In this document: positions 37,330-46,791 of the stretch, piece by piece | Position numbering within the stretch: the stretch's first letter is position 1 | Layout: each line of letters begins with the position of its first letter | Origin: a bacterium | Lineage (GTDB): Bacteria; SAR324; XYD2-FULL-50-16; G965216635 | NCBI GenBank assembly: GCA_965216635.1 | Contig: OZ244188.1 | Location: forward strand, 1,728,001-1,792,000 | DNA: 64,000 nucleotides | Direction: 5' to 3' | Made by a program: the position numbers and the translations under genes | Notes under the pieces: generated by a model | What the model was told of the DNA's origin: nothing | Database searches by the model: none | Seen by the model: only the letters and a program-made list of their open reading frames with translations

Positions 37330-38526
37330 TCATTTTTCAATTTTTTTCGCTAGTAGTTTCTCAATCCACAAAACAAGCTCTAACGCTGCTTCTTCCTTGG
37401 TGCTTTTTTTAAATTCTGTATTTTCCAGCTGACTGAAAATTTGATATTCGCTATTATTGGATTCAAAGCCACTATCTTTTGAGCCGATTTTATTAGCAAA
37501 AATCAAATCTAGATTCTTTGCTTTCAGTTTTTCTTTGGCGTAATTTTCTATACCATCGCTCTCTGCTGCAAATCCCACTAATAGTTGTCCTTTTTTTTTC
37601 TTTTTTCCCAATTCTGCTAAAATATCTGTTGTTTTCTTTAGGGAAAATTGCCAGTTGTTTTGTTTGATTTTTTCTGTCCCTAAATTCTGGTTTTGATAAT
37701 CGGATACGGCGGCACACATTACTATACAATCGTAGTTTGGAGCTAGGCTAAACATTTTTTCTTTCATTTCTTTTGTCGTCAAGGCTCGTTCAAACTCAAA
37801 AATAGATGGAATAGATATTCGCATATCCCCACAAACAAGAAAAACTTTCGCCCCTTGTTGTAAAAAAAGATTTGCGAGTTCTAAACCCATTTTCCCAGAA
37901 GATGCATTGCTAATAAAACGAAAAGGATCTAGGTATTCACGAGTAGCCCCGAGACTGATGAGTATATTTTTACCTGCAAAGTTTTTTTTTTTAGAAAAAT
38001 GATTGTAGATAAAATCGGCGATAAATTTAGGCTCTTGCATCTTACCCAATCCATAACTACCACAAGCGAGAAAGCCTTCCTGAGGTTCTAAAACAACCGC
38101 TCTGTGTTTTCGGATTTTTTGGATATTTTCCTGAACCACTTTTTTTTGCCACATCTCACAATTCATAGCTGGCACAAAAAGCAAAGGCGCATTGGATGCC
38201 AGCAAAATAGTAGAAATTAAATCATCTGCTAGACCACAAGCAAATTTTGCTATTATATTAGCCGTAGCAGGAGCAACTACTATCATTTCAAAAGATTGAG
38301 CTAACTGAATATGCTCTATTTCTGTGTTATTGGAAAATTCAAAAAGAGAAACAGCTACTCTATTTTGTGATAGAGTTTCAAAAGATAAAGGAGAAATAAA
38401 TTCTTGTGCAGCCCTACTCATAGCTACCTGAATGATGAAATTTTTTTCCGCTAAAATTCTGATTAACTCTAAAGTTTTATAGGCTGCGATTCCTCCTGTG
38501 ACACAGATTAGTATTTTTTTAGGCAT
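37330..38526 (-). CDS. coaBC: Phosphopantothenoylcysteine decarboxylase/ligase
   Basis: TGGIAAYK, APATAN, PAMN, RFISNASSGKMG, AAVSDY and VGFAAES. Confidence 0.95.
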   Translation of the reverse strand: MPKKILICVTGGIAAYKTLELIRILAEKNFIIQVAMSRAAQEFISPLSFETLSQNRVAVSLFEFSNNTEIEHIQLAQSFEMIVVAPATANIIAKFACGLADDLISTILLASNAPLLFVPAMNCEMWQKKVVQENIQKIRKHRAVVLEPQEGFLACGSYGLGKMQEPKFIADFIYNHFSKKKNFAGKNILISLGATREYLDPFRFISNASSGKMGLELANLFLQQGAKVFLVCGDMRISIPSIFEFERALTTKEMKEKMFSLAPNYDCIVMCAAVSDYQNQNLGTEKIKQNNWQFSLKKTTDILAELGKKKKKGQLLVGFAAESDGIENYAKEKLKAKNLDLIFANKIGSKDSGFESNNSEYQIFSQLENTEFKKSTKEEAALELVLWIEKLLAKKIEK

Positions 38527-38540
38527 TTTGGCAGCAGATG

Positions 38541-38855
38541 TTATTTTTTAGCTGAAGTTTTAGCAGCAGGTGGTTTAGCAATATCTGTTTTTTTGGCAGC
38601 AGGCAGTTTTGCCTCTTCTTTTTTTGCTACCCCTTTTTTTGCTATTTCTTTATTTGCTATTTCTTTACTTTTGGGTTTGCCGTAGCCGTCCTTATACCAC
38701 CCTCCTCCTTTTAATTGAAACGAAGTTAGCGAGAGTTTTTTTTTCATTTTTGCCTCACTACAATTTTTGCAAGTCTCATCAAAAACATCCGTTACTTTTT
38801 GGATAAGCTCTATTTGGTGGTCACAATTGGGACATTGGTATTCGTATAGTGGCAT
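38541..38855 (-). CDS. FmdB-family zinc ribbon protein
   Basis: MPLYEYQCPNC...CKNC...FQLKGGGWYKDGY. Confidence 0.9.
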   Translation of the reverse strand: MPLYEYQCPNCDHQIELIQKVTDVFDETCKNCSEAKMKKKLSLTSFQLKGGGWYKDGYGKPKSKEIANKEIAKKGVAKKEEAKLPAAKKTDIAKPPAAKTSAKK

Positions 38856-38993
38856 TAGATTCTAAATTGGTTTCTTGAGATTTTATTTATGGAAAAAAAA
38901 TATATCAATAAATATAATATTTTCCTTATTTCATTGTCAACTTTGCAAATAAAAAAAAAGGCAAATCAGCAAAAGCTCTTCTAAGAGGATACT

Positions 38994-40607
38994 CTAAAGT
39001 TCTCCTGCAATTTTTACTAAATTACAATCTATAATGGTAGGAACTTTGCTCTTGAGGGCTTTTTTGAGAGTAGGTAGTACATCTTTGAAATTTTCTATTC
39101 TATAGCCCGCACCCCCCATAGATTCTGCTAAAGTAACAAAATCTGCTTTGATTTCTAGTTCGTGGGCTATGTATCTTTTTCGGTAAGCACTTTCTTGTAA
39201 TTCACGAATCATAGCGAATTTGGAGTCATTAATTATAAGTACTACCAAAGACATTTTATGTCTGACTGCTACTAAAAATTCTTGCATATTCATTAAAAAA
39301 CTACCATCTCCTGCGATATTAATAGTAGCTTGTGGTTTTGCAAACCAAGCTCCGATGGCAGCAGGCAGTCCATAACCCATAGCTCCCAAGCCTCCCGAAG
39401 TAAGCAAAGGTAAGTGTTTGGGATTGCAACAACGGTGAACAGCCCAAAGCTGATGCCTTCCTACATCTGTAGTGAGGTGTAGTTTTTGGGGAATTTGTGC
39501 TATTTCTCCTAAAATTTCACCGACCACTTGAGCGTTATCCGATTTAGGTAAAATGTTTGTTTGAGTTTTTTTTGTCAACCAAGAATCACCGTGCCTCCAA
39601 GCACTCTTCTTTTGTTCGGCTAACATATCAGCTAAGAAAGATTTAATATCACTAACTATCGGGATTTTTGTTTTTACTATTTTACCAATTTCTGCAGGGT
39701 CTATATCTACATGAATGATTTCTGCTTGACGCGCAAACCTTTCTTTTTTCATTAAAGTACTGCGGTCTCCAAAACGAGTACCTAAAGCGAGAATCACATC
39801 GGCTTTAGATATTGCTTTATTTCCTTCTACTGTGCCGTGCGTTCCTATCATACCAACAAAAAGAGGATGCTCGTCTGCAATACTATTTTTTCCCATTAGG
39901 GTTCTAACACAAGGAATTTTGCAAACTTCTATAAATTTTTTTAGCAACAAAGAAGCATCGGATCTTTCTACTCCACCTCCCACTAAAACAAGAGGTTTTT
40001 TCGCTTTGGCTAGTTTTTTAGAACATCTTTTGATTTGTCCTATGTGTGCCTTTGTAGTAGGTTGATAGCCGGGCGTTACTCTTTTTTTGGTAGTGGGACT
40101 ATAGCTCACTTTTGTCAGTAAAATATCTTTTGGAAAATCTAGTAAAACGGGTCCCTTTCGTCCTGAGTTAGCTATTTCAAAGGCTTCTTTTATGGCAGGT
40201 GCTATTTCATTTGCATCAGTAATGAGTTGATTGTGTTTGGTGACAGATAAAGTAATGTTAATGCAATCTACTTCTTGAAAGGCATCACTTCCTACAAATT
40301 TCATAGGAATCTGCCCTGTTAAAGCAACTATAGGCACGGAATCTAGATAGGCATTCGCTAAACCTGTTACCATATTGGTGACGCCAGGGCCTGAGGTTAC
40401 CAAACAAACACCTACCTCTTTGGCTATTCTAGCATAACCATCCGCCATTAGAGTGGCTCCTTGCTCGTGGTAAGCTAAAATATGTTTTAGTTTTTTAGAT
40501 GAATAAAGAGCGTCGTAAATAGGTAGATTAGCTCCGCCGGGGTAACCAAAAATATATTTTACATTTAGCTCTTCAAGACAGCGAATTAATACTTCTGATC
40601 CTTGCAT
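38994..40607 (-). CDS. ilvB: Acetolactate synthase large subunit
   Basis: FGYPGGA, HEQGA, TSGPG, DAFQE, SGGLGAMGYGLP and GDGSF...N ThDP motif. Confidence 0.9.
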   Translation of the reverse strand: MQGSEVLIRCLEELNVKYIFGYPGGANLPIYDALYSSKKLKHILAYHEQGATLMADGYARIAKEVGVCLVTSGPGVTNMVTGLANAYLDSVPIVALTGQIPMKFVGSDAFQEVDCINITLSVTKHNQLITDANEIAPAIKEAFEIANSGRKGPVLLDFPKDILLTKVSYSPTTKKRVTPGYQPTTKAHIGQIKRCSKKLAKAKKPLVLVGGGVERSDASLLLKKFIEVCKIPCVRTLMGKNSIADEHPLFVGMIGTHGTVEGNKAISKADVILALGTRFGDRSTLMKKERFARQAEIIHVDIDPAEIGKIVKTKIPIVSDIKSFLADMLAEQKKSAWRHGDSWLTKKTQTNILPKSDNAQVVGEILGEIAQIPQKLHLTTDVGRHQLWAVHRCCNPKHLPLLTSGGLGAMGYGLPAAIGAWFAKPQATINIAGDGSFLMNMQEFLVAVRHKMSLVVLIINDSKFAMIRELQESAYRKRYIAHELEIKADFVTLAESMGGAGYRIENFKDVLPTLKKALKSKVPTIIDCNLVKIAGEL

Positions 40608-40730
40608 TGAATATTTTTAAGGCTTATAAAGCCAGACATTTAGTTTGTTTTATGCTTGACTTATAAAATTCTATTTTTGCCATCATTTTCTTTGATTTTA
40701 GAGAATGTTTTTTTTTTTAGCAATAGGAAT

Positions 40731-41270
40731 TTAATGAGAGAGGCTTGCATTATAAGTAGATAAAAGATTGGCGTTTTTTTTATCCCATTTTTGTAACTGG
40801 GAGCGACTGATTCCTAAAAAAATAGCAATTTTTTTTTCATCTCCTTCCAACTGCCAAACTAGGTCTTTCAAAAATCCCAAAAAATAGGGGTAGTTTTTGT
40901 TGTGTGTGCTAATTTGTAAAAGAGCATTCGCTAGAAACTGGCGTATTGTTTCTGGCACAAAGTCCCATTTTTGTCTAGGGAATAAATTTTTAATGGGACT
41001 GTTTTTTTGGTTATCTAGTGCGATTTCTACTTTTAGTTTTCTCAAAGCAATTTTAATATTTGCAGTTTGCGAACGTTGTTTTTGGGAAAAGGCTTTAAAG
41101 TGAAAAAAGTGTAACCTGATGGCATTGGAAGTTTTGTTTTTTTTTTGCCCGCCTTTTCCAGAACCTCTAATCATTTCTAAGCGGCAGTGAGAAAGTAAAG
41201 GCTTATCGTCTAAAAGAACATAGCTAACCCAATCCGCTGGATTGTATTCTTTACTATTGGCTTTATTCAC
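40731..41270 (-). CDS. RF-1-domain (GGQ) peptide chain release factor-like protein
   Basis: GSGKGGQKKNKTSNAIRL...RSQTAN. Confidence 0.75.
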   Translation of the reverse strand: MNKANSKEYNPADWVSYVLLDDKPLLSHCRLEMIRGSGKGGQKKNKTSNAIRLHFFHFKAFSQKQRSQTANIKIALRKLKVEIALDNQKNSPIKNLFPRQKWDFVPETIRQFLANALLQISTHNKNYPYFLGFLKDLVWQLEGDEKKIAIFLGISRSQLQKWDKKNANLLSTYNASLSH

Positions 41271-43248
41271 TATTAGCTAGCTCCACTATTTTTTCTACCG
41301 TAATGCCGTAATATTCAAAAAGTTTATCTGCTGGGGCAGAGGCTCCAAAAGAATCCATACCGATAAATTTGCCTTGCTCTCCAAGGTACCTTTCCCAACC
41401 CTGTTTGATTCCAGCCTCTATGGCTATGCGTTTTTTAATACAAGAAGGAAAAACTGTTTCGCGATAAGCGGCAGGTTGTTTTTCAAAAAGCTCCCAACAG
41501 GGCATACTTACCACTCTTGTGGGGATGTTTTTTTTACACAGTATTTCTGCTGCTTCTATGGCTAGTTGTAATTCTGAACCTGTGGCTATGAGAATATATT
41601 CTGCATTGGGAGAATCAGAAAAAATATAGCCTCCTTTGGTGGCTTCTTTATTGTTTTTCAAAACGGGTAAATTTTGGCGACTGAGTATTAGGGCTACAGG
41701 AATTTTACTTTGTAGAGCTTCTAACCAAGTATATTTTGTTTCATTGGCGTCTGCGGGGCGAATTACCAATAAATTAGGGATAGCTCTCAAGGCGGCTAAA
41801 TGCTCTACTGGTTGATGGGTAGGACCGTCTTCACCTAGTCCTATGCTATCGTGAGAAAATACAAAAATAGAAGGATAGTGCGATAGGGCGGCTAGGCGAA
41901 TCGCAGGTCGCATATAGTCAGAGAAACAAAGAAAAGTGCCTCCGTAGGCTTTTACTAATTCACTTCTAGTGATGCCATTGATGACCCCAGCCATAGCGTG
42001 TTCTCTAATTCCATAATTGATATAACGGGCTTTGTAATCTGTTTTACAAAAAACATCGGCTCCTTGAAATTTTGTGTTATTGGAGCCAGTAAGATCTGCT
42101 GAACCTCCCAACACAAGAGGAAAATCAGGCATAAGGCTATCTAAAACCAAACCAGAGGCTGCTCTTGTAGAGATGTTTTTGCCTTCTTGGTAAAGCATGT
42201 CAAATTTTATGGCTTCTACACAGGATTGTAATTTTTGAAAATTTAGCGGGTTTTTGAAAAGTTGATATTTTTCAGGATTTTTTTTTTTGTATTCTGTTAA
42301 ATTATCTTGCCAGATTTTTTCTGCTTCTTTTTTTTTTCCTGCAATTTTTTGAAAATTTTCTGCTACTTGTTTAGGAATTTGAAATTTTTTTTCTGGATCT
42401 AGGTTTAGCTTTTTTTTTGTCAAAGCAAGTTCAGATTCTCCCAAAGGAGATCCGTGCGATTTCTCGCTACCTGCTTTATTAGGACTACCATAACCAATAC
42501 AGGTTTCTATGGATAAAAAGACAGGAGCATTTTTGATGTTTATTGCTTTTTGCAATCCAGAAAAAATGGCGTCTAGATCGTTGCCGTCTCCTTTGACTTC
42601 TATTGTTTCCCAGCCCTTAGATTGAAAAAATTGAATTTGATTATCATTCGTTGAGATAGCAGTAGACCCATCTATAGTGATATGATTGTTATCGTGTATC
42701 AACACTAGATTATCCAGACCGAGATGACTAGCCAAAGAGCAAGATTCGTGACTGATTCCTTCTTGAAGACAACCATCTCCTGCTAAAATAAAAACATTGT
42801 AGTCTATGATTTTATTTTCAGGGGTGTTAAAAAAAGCGGCAAGATATTTCTGAGCTATTGCTAAACCTACACCGTTAGCTATACCTTGTCCTAGAGGACC
42901 TGTTGTCACTTCTACGCCAGAAGTTAAACCAAATTCGGGGTGTCCTGCTGTTTTACTGCCTAATTGACGAAAATTTTTTATTTCTTCTAAGGTTAAATCA
43001 AATCCATAAAGATGCAGTAAGGAATAGAGCAACATACTGCCGTGCCCTGCAGATAAAATAAAACGATCGCGATTGAGCCAATCTGGTTTTTGGGGATTAA
43101 ACCTTAAAAAATGTTTCCATAAGACATAAGCCAAAGGGGCTGTGCCTAACGGCATACCTGGGTGTCCGCTATTGGCTTTTTCTACTGCATCTATGGAAAG
43201 TCCGCGTATGCAGTTTATAGATTCTAAATCTGTATTATTGAAGTTCAT
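41263..43248 (-). CDS. tkt: Transketolase
   Basis: SGHPG, RDRFILSAGHGS, TGPLGQG, GDGCLQEG and GEDGPTHQP. Confidence 0.97.
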   Translation of the reverse strand: MNFNNTDLESINCIRGLSIDAVEKANSGHPGMPLGTAPLAYVLWKHFLRFNPQKPDWLNRDRFILSAGHGSMLLYSLLHLYGFDLTLEEIKNFRQLGSKTAGHPEFGLTSGVEVTTGPLGQGIANGVGLAIAQKYLAAFFNTPENKIIDYNVFILAGDGCLQEGISHESCSLASHLGLDNLVLIHDNNHITIDGSTAISTNDNQIQFFQSKGWETIEVKGDGNDLDAIFSGLQKAINIKNAPVFLSIETCIGYGSPNKAGSEKSHGSPLGESELALTKKKLNLDPEKKFQIPKQVAENFQKIAGKKKEAEKIWQDNLTEYKKKNPEKYQLFKNPLNFQKLQSCVEAIKFDMLYQEGKNISTRAASGLVLDSLMPDFPLVLGGSADLTGSNNTKFQGADVFCKTDYKARYINYGIREHAMAGVINGITRSELVKAYGGTFLCFSDYMRPAIRLAALSHYPSIFVFSHDSIGLGEDGPTHQPVEHLAALRAIPNLLVIRPADANETKYTWLEALQSKIPVALILSRQNLPVLKNNKEATKGGYIFSDSPNAEYILIATGSELQLAIEAAEILCKKNIPTRVVSMPCWELFEKQPAAYRETVFPSCIKKRIAIEAGIKQGWERYLGEQGKFIGMDSFGASAPADKLFEYYGITVEKIVELANSE

Positions 43249-43286
43249 AGTGCTATAAGGTATATTTGTATAAATTAAAACTTATT

Positions 43287-43324
43287 GAGACTATTGAATT
43301 AGACATTCTAGTTCAATAGTCTCT
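43287..43324. repeat. Short palindrome GAGACTATTGAA...TTCAATAGTCTC (minimal family A-like termini)
   Basis: Inverted repeat between the divergent tkt and comF genes. Confidence 0.6.
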
Positions 43325-43400
43325 TATTGTATAAATTTTTACAAATAAATTTTTAAAAAAGTATTTTCTCGAGCTTACCAAAAAACCAGACAATAAAAAA

Positions 43401-44069
43401 ATGAGTTTCTTACAAAATATTTTTCCGCAATGGTGTTATGGTTGTAAGTGTTATCTAGAATCTTACAACGAAAGTGGGCTTTGTGTTTCGTGTAATCAAA
43501 AACTACCTTGGTGGAATCCAGACATTTGCGGCAACTGCTTAGAGCCCATTATCTACTGCTATCAATGTAAACAAAAAACGGCTATTTATCCTATTTTTAC
43601 TTATGAGAAACCTATTTCTTCTTGGCTGATTTCTTTGAAATATAATAAAAATTTTTATGCAGCTCGTTTATTACAAAAACTTATACGAATTTGGTTAAAA
43701 CAAAATCCTCATTTTTTAGAAAAATATGATTTTATAGTGCCTTTGCCAACTCATCCTTACAAATTTTTTTCCCGAGGATTTAACCCTGCAAGCTATCTTA
43801 TCAAAAATTTATTTACAAAAAAAAATTTCACCTCAGTAGCAGATAAAATTCGCTGGACAAAACCACAGACTTCTTTGCAATATTACCAGAGAATCAAAAT
43901 TTTAAACAAAAAAATATTCCAAGTATCTAAGGAGGTGAGGGGGAAAACAATACTGGTTTTTGACGATGTGGTGACTACAAAATCTTCTGCTTTAAATCTC
44001 GCAGGGCAAATAAAGAAAAAAAAGGCAAAAAAGGTAGATATACTATGTCTTGCTAGAGTTTTTAACTAA
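43401..44069 (+). CDS. comF: ComF family protein (double zinc ribbon plus PRTase-like)
   Basis: FPQWCYGC...C..C, RGFN and LVFDDVVTT. Confidence 0.85.
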   Translation: MSFLQNIFPQWCYGCKCYLESYNESGLCVSCNQKLPWWNPDICGNCLEPIIYCYQCKQKTAIYPIFTYEKPISSWLISLKYNKNFYAARLLQKLIRIWLKQNPHFLEKYDFIVPLPTHPYKFFSRGFNPASYLIKNLFTKKNFTSVADKIRWTKPQTSLQYYQRIKILNKKIFQVSKEVRGKTILVFDDVVTTKSSALNLAGQIKKKKAKKVDILCLARVFN

Positions 44070-44071
44070 AA

Positions 44072-44202
44072 TTAGGCATTCTAGTTCAGCTATACTGCGT
44101 TGCTTAAGTTTTTTATTCCTCAAGATACTTTCGTGTCCCTGCGTCATAAAAAACTTTCACGCCTTGTCTAGCTTTCCTATAATGCTAAAGTTCAATAAGT
44201 CT
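44072..44202. mobile_element. Family A MITE-like element, degenerate
   Basis: CTGCGTTG...CGCCTTGTCTAGCTTTCCTATAATGCTAAAGTTCAA, matching the 29445-29608 copy. Confidence 0.6.
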
Positions 44203-44298
44203 TAAACATTCTAGTTCAGCTATAGGGAATACGCCTTTTGCAAACGCTAAAGTGAAATTTTTCGGAGAATATTCTATTGGTGGACTCAAACTTTGAAG

Positions 44299-44414
44299 AT
44301 CGGCGGTGACCTACTCTCCCACACGGTTGCCCATGCAGTACCATTGGCGCTGAAGGCCTTAACTTCTGTGTTCGAAATGAGAACAGGTGTTTCCCCTTCG
44401 CTATGACCGCCGTT
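44299..44414 (-). rRNA. rrf: 5S ribosomal RNA (stand-alone)
   Basis: Minus strand reads CGGCGGTCATAGCGAAGGGGAAACACCTGTTCTCATTTCGAACACAGAAGTTAAG...GGGAGAGTAGGTCACCGCCG, with complementary ends. Confidence 0.95.
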
Positions 44415-44420
44415 AATTGT

Positions 44421-44450
44421 AGTTTAACAAAAAAAATTTAAAAATGTCAA
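44421..44450 (-). promoter_or_regulatory. Sigma70 promoter for the 5S rRNA
   Basis: TTGACA-N18-TAAACT with an extended TG, ending about 6 nt before the 5S 5' end. Confidence 0.7.
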
Positions 44451-44484
44451 ATCTTTTTTTAATTTTTTTTTAAAAACTCTAAAT

Positions 44485-45672
44485 TTAAGAATTTTCTGGT
44501 TTGTCACTAGCTATTTGCTCTGTATTTTGGGTAAAAATATTTGTTTCAGAAAGGTTTTTCTTGTTTTGGATACCCAATTCTTTAATTTTTTCTATTTTTC
44601 CTATAATATTGCCTTTTCCTTCTGATAAACGTTTATAAGCAGTATCATACGAATGTTGAGATTCACCCAATTTTTTTCCTACTTTTAAAAATTCTTCTCT
44701 AAAATCCACAAATTTATCGTACATTTGCCCTGCCGCTAGAGCAATTTTTTCTGCGTTTTTGCTTTGGTTTTCTAGTTTCCAGATATTATAGACAGTTTTG
44801 AGAGCAAGCATTAAAGTAGAAGGACTTACCAAGAGGATTTTTTGACGGAAAGCTGTTTGATAAAGGTTACTTTCTTTTTCTACGGCAAGGTAAAGAGCTG
44901 GCTCAATAGGAATAAACATGAGGGTAAATTCTAAAGACTTTATACTAGGAATATTATGATAACTTTTATTGCTTAAATCTTGAATATGTCTTTTGATGGA
45001 AGAAAGATGCGCTTTTAGAAAATTTTCTTTTTGTTGCTCGTCTGCAGTTTTTACAAAAGTTTCATAGGCTGTCAGCGATACTTTAGAATCAATAATAATT
45101 TGTCTATTTTGTGGCAAAAGAATCACCACGTCCGGTTTAACATTTTTACCTTCGTCGTCTTGAAACTGCTTGTTAAAAATATATTCTTTATTTTGAACCA
45201 ATCCAGATTGTTCTAGTATTCTTTCTAGGATTACTTCTCCCCAATTGCCTTGTATTTTAGAATCTCCTTTGAGTGCTTGGGTTAGATTTTTTGCATCCTG
45301 ACTGATTTCTAAATGTGCAGTCCTTAATAATTCTATTTCTTTTGTGAAGGATGCGCTCTTTGTAATAAAAGTATTTTGAAAATTTTGAATATTTTCTTTT
45401 AGGGGGGCAAGCAAACTGTCTAATTGTTGTTTGTTATGTTTTACTAAATTTTCGTCCTTTTCATTAAAAATTTTTTGGGCGAGGTTTTCAAACTTGGTTT
45501 CCATTAAATTCCCAAAATTTTTTTGCTTTTCTTGTTCCTCTAAAGAAGTTTCTAGTCTTACTTTTTCTAATTCTGTTTGTTTTAATTTTTTTTGAAGCGA
45601 TTGATTTTTCCACACCACCCAAACAAAAGCAGCAGAAATACAAAATAACAAAAAAATTTCAATAGTTGACAT
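44485..45672 (-). CDS. rmuC: DNA recombination protein RmuC
   Basis: ALKGDSKIQGNWGEVILERILE, KPDVVILLP, IIDSKVSL and MFIPIE. Confidence 0.95.
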   Translation of the reverse strand: MSTIEIFLLFCISAAFVWVVWKNQSLQKKLKQTELEKVRLETSLEEQEKQKNFGNLMETKFENLAQKIFNEKDENLVKHNKQQLDSLLAPLKENIQNFQNTFITKSASFTKEIELLRTAHLEISQDAKNLTQALKGDSKIQGNWGEVILERILEQSGLVQNKEYIFNKQFQDDEGKNVKPDVVILLPQNRQIIIDSKVSLTAYETFVKTADEQQKENFLKAHLSSIKRHIQDLSNKSYHNIPSIKSLEFTLMFIPIEPALYLAVEKESNLYQTAFRQKILLVSPSTLMLALKTVYNIWKLENQSKNAEKIALAAGQMYDKFVDFREEFLKVGKKLGESQHSYDTAYKRLSEGKGNIIGKIEKIKELGIQNKKNLSETNIFTQNTEQIASDKPENS

Positions 45673-45866
45673 TGTTTTTTAGAAATGAGGCTTTCTGTTT
45701 TTGACGGAAGGAGAGAAAATTTTATGTGTGTATTCATAGGCTTTTTTGGTAGGTTTTAATTTTTTTGTATCTTTCATTTTATAAAAATTTTTTTTTACTT
45801 GAAAAGAGATTTACCAATAACATACAAAAAGCCTAATGTATTTATTGTAGTAGTCCCAAACAATAT

Positions 45867-45962
45867 AGACTTTTGAATTTGCGTTCTGTTTAGCCTATAC
45901 ATCGTTAAAAAAAAATTTTGTCCCTTGAAATACTTGAGTATTCCTGCGACCCAAAATTTTTT
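45867..45962. mobile_element. Truncated family A element between duplicated gene ends
   Basis: AGACTTTTGAATTTGCGTTCTGTTTAGCCTAT...GAAATAC-TTGA-GTATTCC, flanked by about 77-bp direct repeats (45784-45860 and 45953-46029). Confidence 0.75.
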
Positions 45963-45963
45963 T

Positions 45964-46260
45964 TTACTTGAAAAGAGATTTACCAATAACATACAAAAAG
46001 CCTAATATATTTATTGTAGTAGTCCCAAATAACACACCAATTTGAATGCTTTCTATTCTCTCAAAATCATAAATCCATATAGGTAATAGTAATTGTGCAA
46101 TAGCAAAACAAATTAAAAAAACAATCCAAACGCCTACAAACCTTAAAGAAAAACGAAAAAATGATTCCCTTTGTTCATTAGCTTGATTTCCAAAATCCTT
46201 CTTAACCTTGTCTTTTTTTTGTTTTACAACCTCTTCTTTAAATAGTTGTGCTGAATTCAT
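45964..46260 (-). CDS. Two-TM protein, putative Panacea-associated toxin
   Basis: Overlaps the Panacea gene end; LFGTTTINILG motif. Confidence 0.6.
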   Translation of the reverse strand: MNSAQLFKEEVVKQKKDKVKKDFGNQANEQRESFFRFSLRFVGVWIVFLICFAIAQLLLPIWIYDFERIESIQIGVLFGTTTINILGFLYVIGKSLFK

Positions 46261-46696
46261 TTTTTATATCGTCAAACTCCAGTTTGTTACTTTTATTTAG
46301 TTCGTATGCTGTGTGCCAAGCACCACTGTCTTTGTGCGTTTCTTCAACTAAAGCCCACACATCAAAATTGCCATATTTCATAACAATTTCATTTACTGAA
46401 TCATTGTTTTGAAAAGATGGAAAACTTTCATCTAAACTTTTCATTTGTTTTGAAATAGGGTCATCACCGAAGTTTTTATAATAACGATATACTTCTGGTA
46501 TCACAGGACCATGGCGCCACGCCTCAAATTCCAAGTATTCTAATTCATCTCCTCCATTTTTTAGATGCGCCCCATAACTTAAATACAAAAGTTTTTGTAG
46601 TTTAAGATTAGAAACAAATATACCTTTTTTCGAACATCCAGATAATATAGTATTAACTCTAGCATATAATAATATTTGCTTTTCTATATCATTCAT
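46238..46696 (-). CDS. Panacea-domain (DUF4065) antitoxin, copy 3 (divergent)
   Basis: SNLKLQKLLY, FEAWRHGPVIP and LVEETH...AW. Confidence 0.88.
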   Translation of the reverse strand: MNDIEKQILLYARVNTILSGCSKKGIFVSNLKLQKLLYLSYGAHLKNGGDELEYLEFEAWRHGPVIPEVYRYYKNFGDDPISKQMKSLDESFPSFQNNDSVNEIVMKYGNFDVWALVEETHKDSGAWHTAYELNKSNKLEFDDIKNEFSTTI

Positions 46697-46791
46697 TGTT
46701 TTTTTATTCTGTGAAGTTGTTTATAAGTTAGTCTTTTATTTTTAACATATTTTAAAATATTGTCAACCCTAGTCATTGATAGAATTTTGAG

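Noticed and set aside
37142..37333. 63-aa ORF after coaBC
   Set aside because: No motif and contains a short stutter repeat; it cannot be supported beyond an ATGA overlap.
45795..45992. 65-aa ORF resembling the 2-TM protein
   Set aside because: Chimera of MITE sequence and the duplicated 3' end, so not a separate gene.
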